Of a stretch of DNA of 64,000 bases, positions 62,601-64,000 are shown piece by piece; position 1 is the stretch's first letter; the number at the start of each line of letters is the position of its first letter. A model generated the notes under the pieces. The model was not told the DNA's origin, did not search any database, and worked only from the letters and a program-made list of their open reading frames with translations. The stretch is from Verrucomicrobiales bacterium (lineage in GTDB: Bacteria; Verrucomicrobiota; Verrucomicrobiia; Verrucomicrobiales; V1-33), in contig JANOAV010000035.1 of assembly GCA_031411295.1 (NCBI GenBank), positions 32,001 through 96,000 of the forward strand, given 5' to 3'. Position numbers and translations under genes: made by a program.

Positions 62601-63076
62601 CCGAACTCCTCCGCACCCTGGCCGGGAAACTCAGCGCTCAAGGCACCGCTGACTTGGAAAAGAAATTGGACGCTATGCTGGAACACACCAAGTCACTAGA
62701 ACGCACTATTAAAGCCGCCCAGCAGCGCGAAGCCTCCGGCAAAGCCAAGGAACTTCTCGCCAGCGCCAAGGAAAACATCATCATCGCCAACCTGGGCGAT
62801 GTGGATGCCGACTACCTCGTAGCCGTGACTGATGTGCTCAAAGTGCAACTGAACGGCGTGGTCGTCCTCGGCGGCACCGGCGGCGGAAACGTCGCGTTAG
62901 TGGCCAGCGTGGGTAAAGATTGGCAAGCCCGCGTGCAGGCAGGCAAAATCATCTCCGCCATCGCCCCCATCGTCGGCGGCAAAGGCGGCGGCAAACCCGA
63001 CTTCGCCCGCGGCGGCGGCAAGGACAGCAGCAAAGTGGACCAAGCCCTGACTGAGGCACGGAAGTTGATTGGATAG
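59606..63076 (+). CDS. alaS: Alanine--tRNA ligase with in-frame RAYT insertion (1156 aa)
   Basis: FTNAGMNQF, HHTFFEMLGNWSFGDYFK, DTGMGFER, GFPLDLT, HTVTH, ELCGGTH, GVRRIEA, GGKGGG. Start at ATG 59606. Confidence 0.97.
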   Translation: MTSAQIRQSFLDFFKSKQHTIVPSDNVGYTSRDGARIFTNAGMNQFVPIFLGERTADVDTWPGVLSKGLPTRAADTQKCIRAGGKHNDLEDVGLDTYHHTFFEMLGNWSFGDYFKKEAIAWAWELVIEKWKFPPTRVFATIYQPGPGDPADRDQEAWDIWAEKFRSVGLDPDIHIVNGNKKDNFWMMADTGPCGPCTEVHIDLTPGPIALDEDRQRAGAKLVNGSDASCIEIWNNVFIQYNANPDGTFVPLPAQHVDTGMGFERVCSIIQGTKNFTDFETAKISNYDTDVFKPIFDELTKLSGKHYKSTLPKANEQGNVVPVTEQEKIDVAFRVIADHLRTLSFSIADGIQPGNSDRNYTLRRILRRAVKYGRTLEFQEPFFYKLVDVLAEHMGDVFPEIRVKREQVKAVLKVEEESFNRTLDKGIVLFESEANRLLGTAGAAPGRAGVSPAGVGVPPTSQGVSPSSGASRTKRRTLPHFEKPWAIYNLTVTTRDRRFLTPEARTITLDAIKHFDGKRFELFAACVMPDHFHMLLQPWPKENDGTSVFWTLGEIMHSVKSFTAKEINKQEGTTGSVWNEERFDRYIRSDADLEEKYNYILDNPRRAEIVSMVGEYQWTWTHDDRLGETPEGSETLRAFGETPNAAGGTPALPVPCDASGIVPSGATCADSSGRAGVPPLSADFAFRLYDEQGFPLDLTELLARERGLTVDTAGFEKLMDEQKARARAAGQKNKQIVSVSEIETKEPTKFIGYDALEADAKVLEVVSMKDKTAVVLDTSTCYAEMGGQVGDAGNFIIGANNFPIVSTTKVGNTWLHFLEGEDAPAVGSTVRLAVDAERRHAIERHHTVTHILHWALHEVVNKDATQKGSNVTPEKLTFDFNSAALTPNQLADIERLVNERIVANESVSWSEVPYADIKSNPGIMALFGEKYGDLVRVVQIGGKPHALNGYSMELCGGTHTRGTGEIGLFKLVSESAVAAGVRRIEAIAGLEAYHTARSETELLRTLAGKLSAQGTADLEKKLDAMLEHTKSLERTIKAAQQREASGKAKELLASAKENIIIANLGDVDADYLVAVTDVLKVQLNGVVVLGGTGGGNVALVASVGKDWQARVQAGKIISAIAPIVGGKGGGKPDFARGGGKDSSKVDQALTEARKLIG
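60939..61020 (+). repeat. Left REP hairpin array (4 hairpins, tct/tcc loops)
   Basis: GTAG-ggcgggtg-tct-cacccgcc; ggtcggcg-tcc-cgccgacc; agggcg-tct-cgccct; gtgcg-tct-cgcac. Confidence 0.92.
61480..61559 (-). repeat. Right REP hairpin array (4 hairpins, aga/gga loops, ends CTAC)
   Basis: gggcg-aga-cgccc; gaagcg-aga-cgcttc; gcgtttggcg-aga-cgccaaacgc; ggcgggcg-gga-cgcccgcc-CTAC. Confidence 0.92.
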
Positions 63077-63325
63077 GCTGTGACGGCTACTGAACTCACC
63101 GCTCATTTGACAGCGCCCCCTGACTTGCCTGAAATGAGGAACACCGAACCCTACCTTGCTTCCGAGGCCATGCGGCACAACGTTCGTGGCATTCGTCAGA
63201 AAATCATGAAGCGCAGTCCAGACGTCATGTGCGCGCTCGACGACTATCCACCCACTTCATGGGCGCCGAATGGGGCGCGGTTAAGCCCAAGTTGACAAGC
63301 CCCCGCTCGTCCCGCATGTTGCTCC

Positions 63326-64000
63326 ATGGCCCAGCGGTATCTAGACCCGAAAAACGCCATCGTGTTCAAGCGCATATTTGGCGAGCATCCGCTGATTCTG
63401 CGCTCGTTTCTCAATGCGTTATTGCCATTGCCGGAGGATGGTCCGATCGTTTCACTCGAGTATCTCAATCCCGAGCAAGTGCCGCAGTTGCCGCTGCTGA
63501 AAAACTCCATCGTGGATGTTCGCTGTCGAGATCAACAGGGACGGCAATTTATCGTGGAAATGCAAATGAACTGGACCAGTGCGTTTTTGCAACGGGTGCT
63601 CTTCAATGCCAGCAAAGCCTACGTTAGACAGCTGGAACGCGGGGAGCAATACGAACTGCTGCAGCCAGTGATGGGCCTGTCCTTGCTGGATGATATCTTT
63701 GACCGCAAGAGCGACGAATATTATCATCACTATCAATTGGTAAACACCGGTCAGCCTGAACGCGTGATTAAGGATTTACAGTTAGTGTTCGTCGAGTTAC
63801 CCAAGTTCAAGCCCTCGCGAGCCATGGCTCCGCTTAAACGGGCGTGGATTCGCTTCCTGCGGGAAACGGGCGATGCGTCCACCAGTGAGGCCCAGGCTGT
63901 ATTGAAATCAGAAGTAGCCAGCCAGGCCCCAGAGATTCAAAATGCGCTGGAGTTGTCAGGCGAAGCCGGTTTCAGCCGAGGCGAATTGGAAGCCTATGAC
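63326..64000 (+). CDS. Rpn family recombination-promoting nuclease / PD-(D/E)XK putative transposase (partial, runs off the window)
   Basis: Not in the ORF track. MAQRYLDPKNAIVFKRIFG...SIVDVRCRD..GRQFIVEMQ...FVELPKF, open to 64000; TTGACA at 63292. Confidence 0.92.
   Translation, partial: MAQRYLDPKNAIVFKRIFGEHPLILRSFLNALLPLPEDGPIVSLEYLNPEQVPQLPLLKNSIVDVRCRDQQGRQFIVEMQMNWTSAFLQRVLFNASKAYVRQLERGEQYELLQPVMGLSLLDDIFDRKSDEYYHHYQLVNTGQPERVIKDLQLVFVELPKFKPSRAMAPLKRAWIRFLRETGDASTSEAQAVLKSEVASQAPEIQNALELSGEAGFSRGELEAYD

Noticed and set aside
63080..63295. 71-aa ORF after alaS as a real gene
   Set aside because: No recognisable family; mentioned only as an orphan fragment.
1..64000. tRNA or rRNA genes
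   Set aside because: No cloverleaf or rRNA-like stretch noticed in the intergenic regions by eye; a covariance scan was not run.

Overview
A GC-rich bacterial chromosome segment, very probably Verrucomicrobiota (PVC-type heme/DUF1501/lamin-tail-CotH genes, gene styles). Left to right: a respiratory operon on the minus strand (ligand-less CcoN-like, CcoO-like, cytochrome c, A-type oxidase subunits I/III/IV) under a perfect Rex-type operator; a two-component pair; htpG; and a ~7.6 kb lower-GC island bounded by a duplicated htpG 3' end. The island holds a ROK protein, helical-repeat proteins, a Tat gene frameshifted at an (AG)9 tract and two glycosyltransferases. After it come vapBC, DUF1501, two large secreted proteins, Fic, a D-aminoacylase, a PVC heme protein, gmhB, ribD, an MFS transporter, grpE-dnaJ, rplY, a secreted cysteine-protease-like protein with a second two-component pair, pta-like, a phosphoesterase, acs, mazG, alaS and a partial Rpn nuclease. 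The standout is alaS: it carries an intact-looking REP-associated tyrosine (HUH/Y1) transposase plus mirror-image REP hairpin arrays inserted in frame (~240 aa), with no intein signatures. Several other GTAG-REP-like elements lie in intergenic regions. All calls come from reading motifs by eye; no database searches were run.
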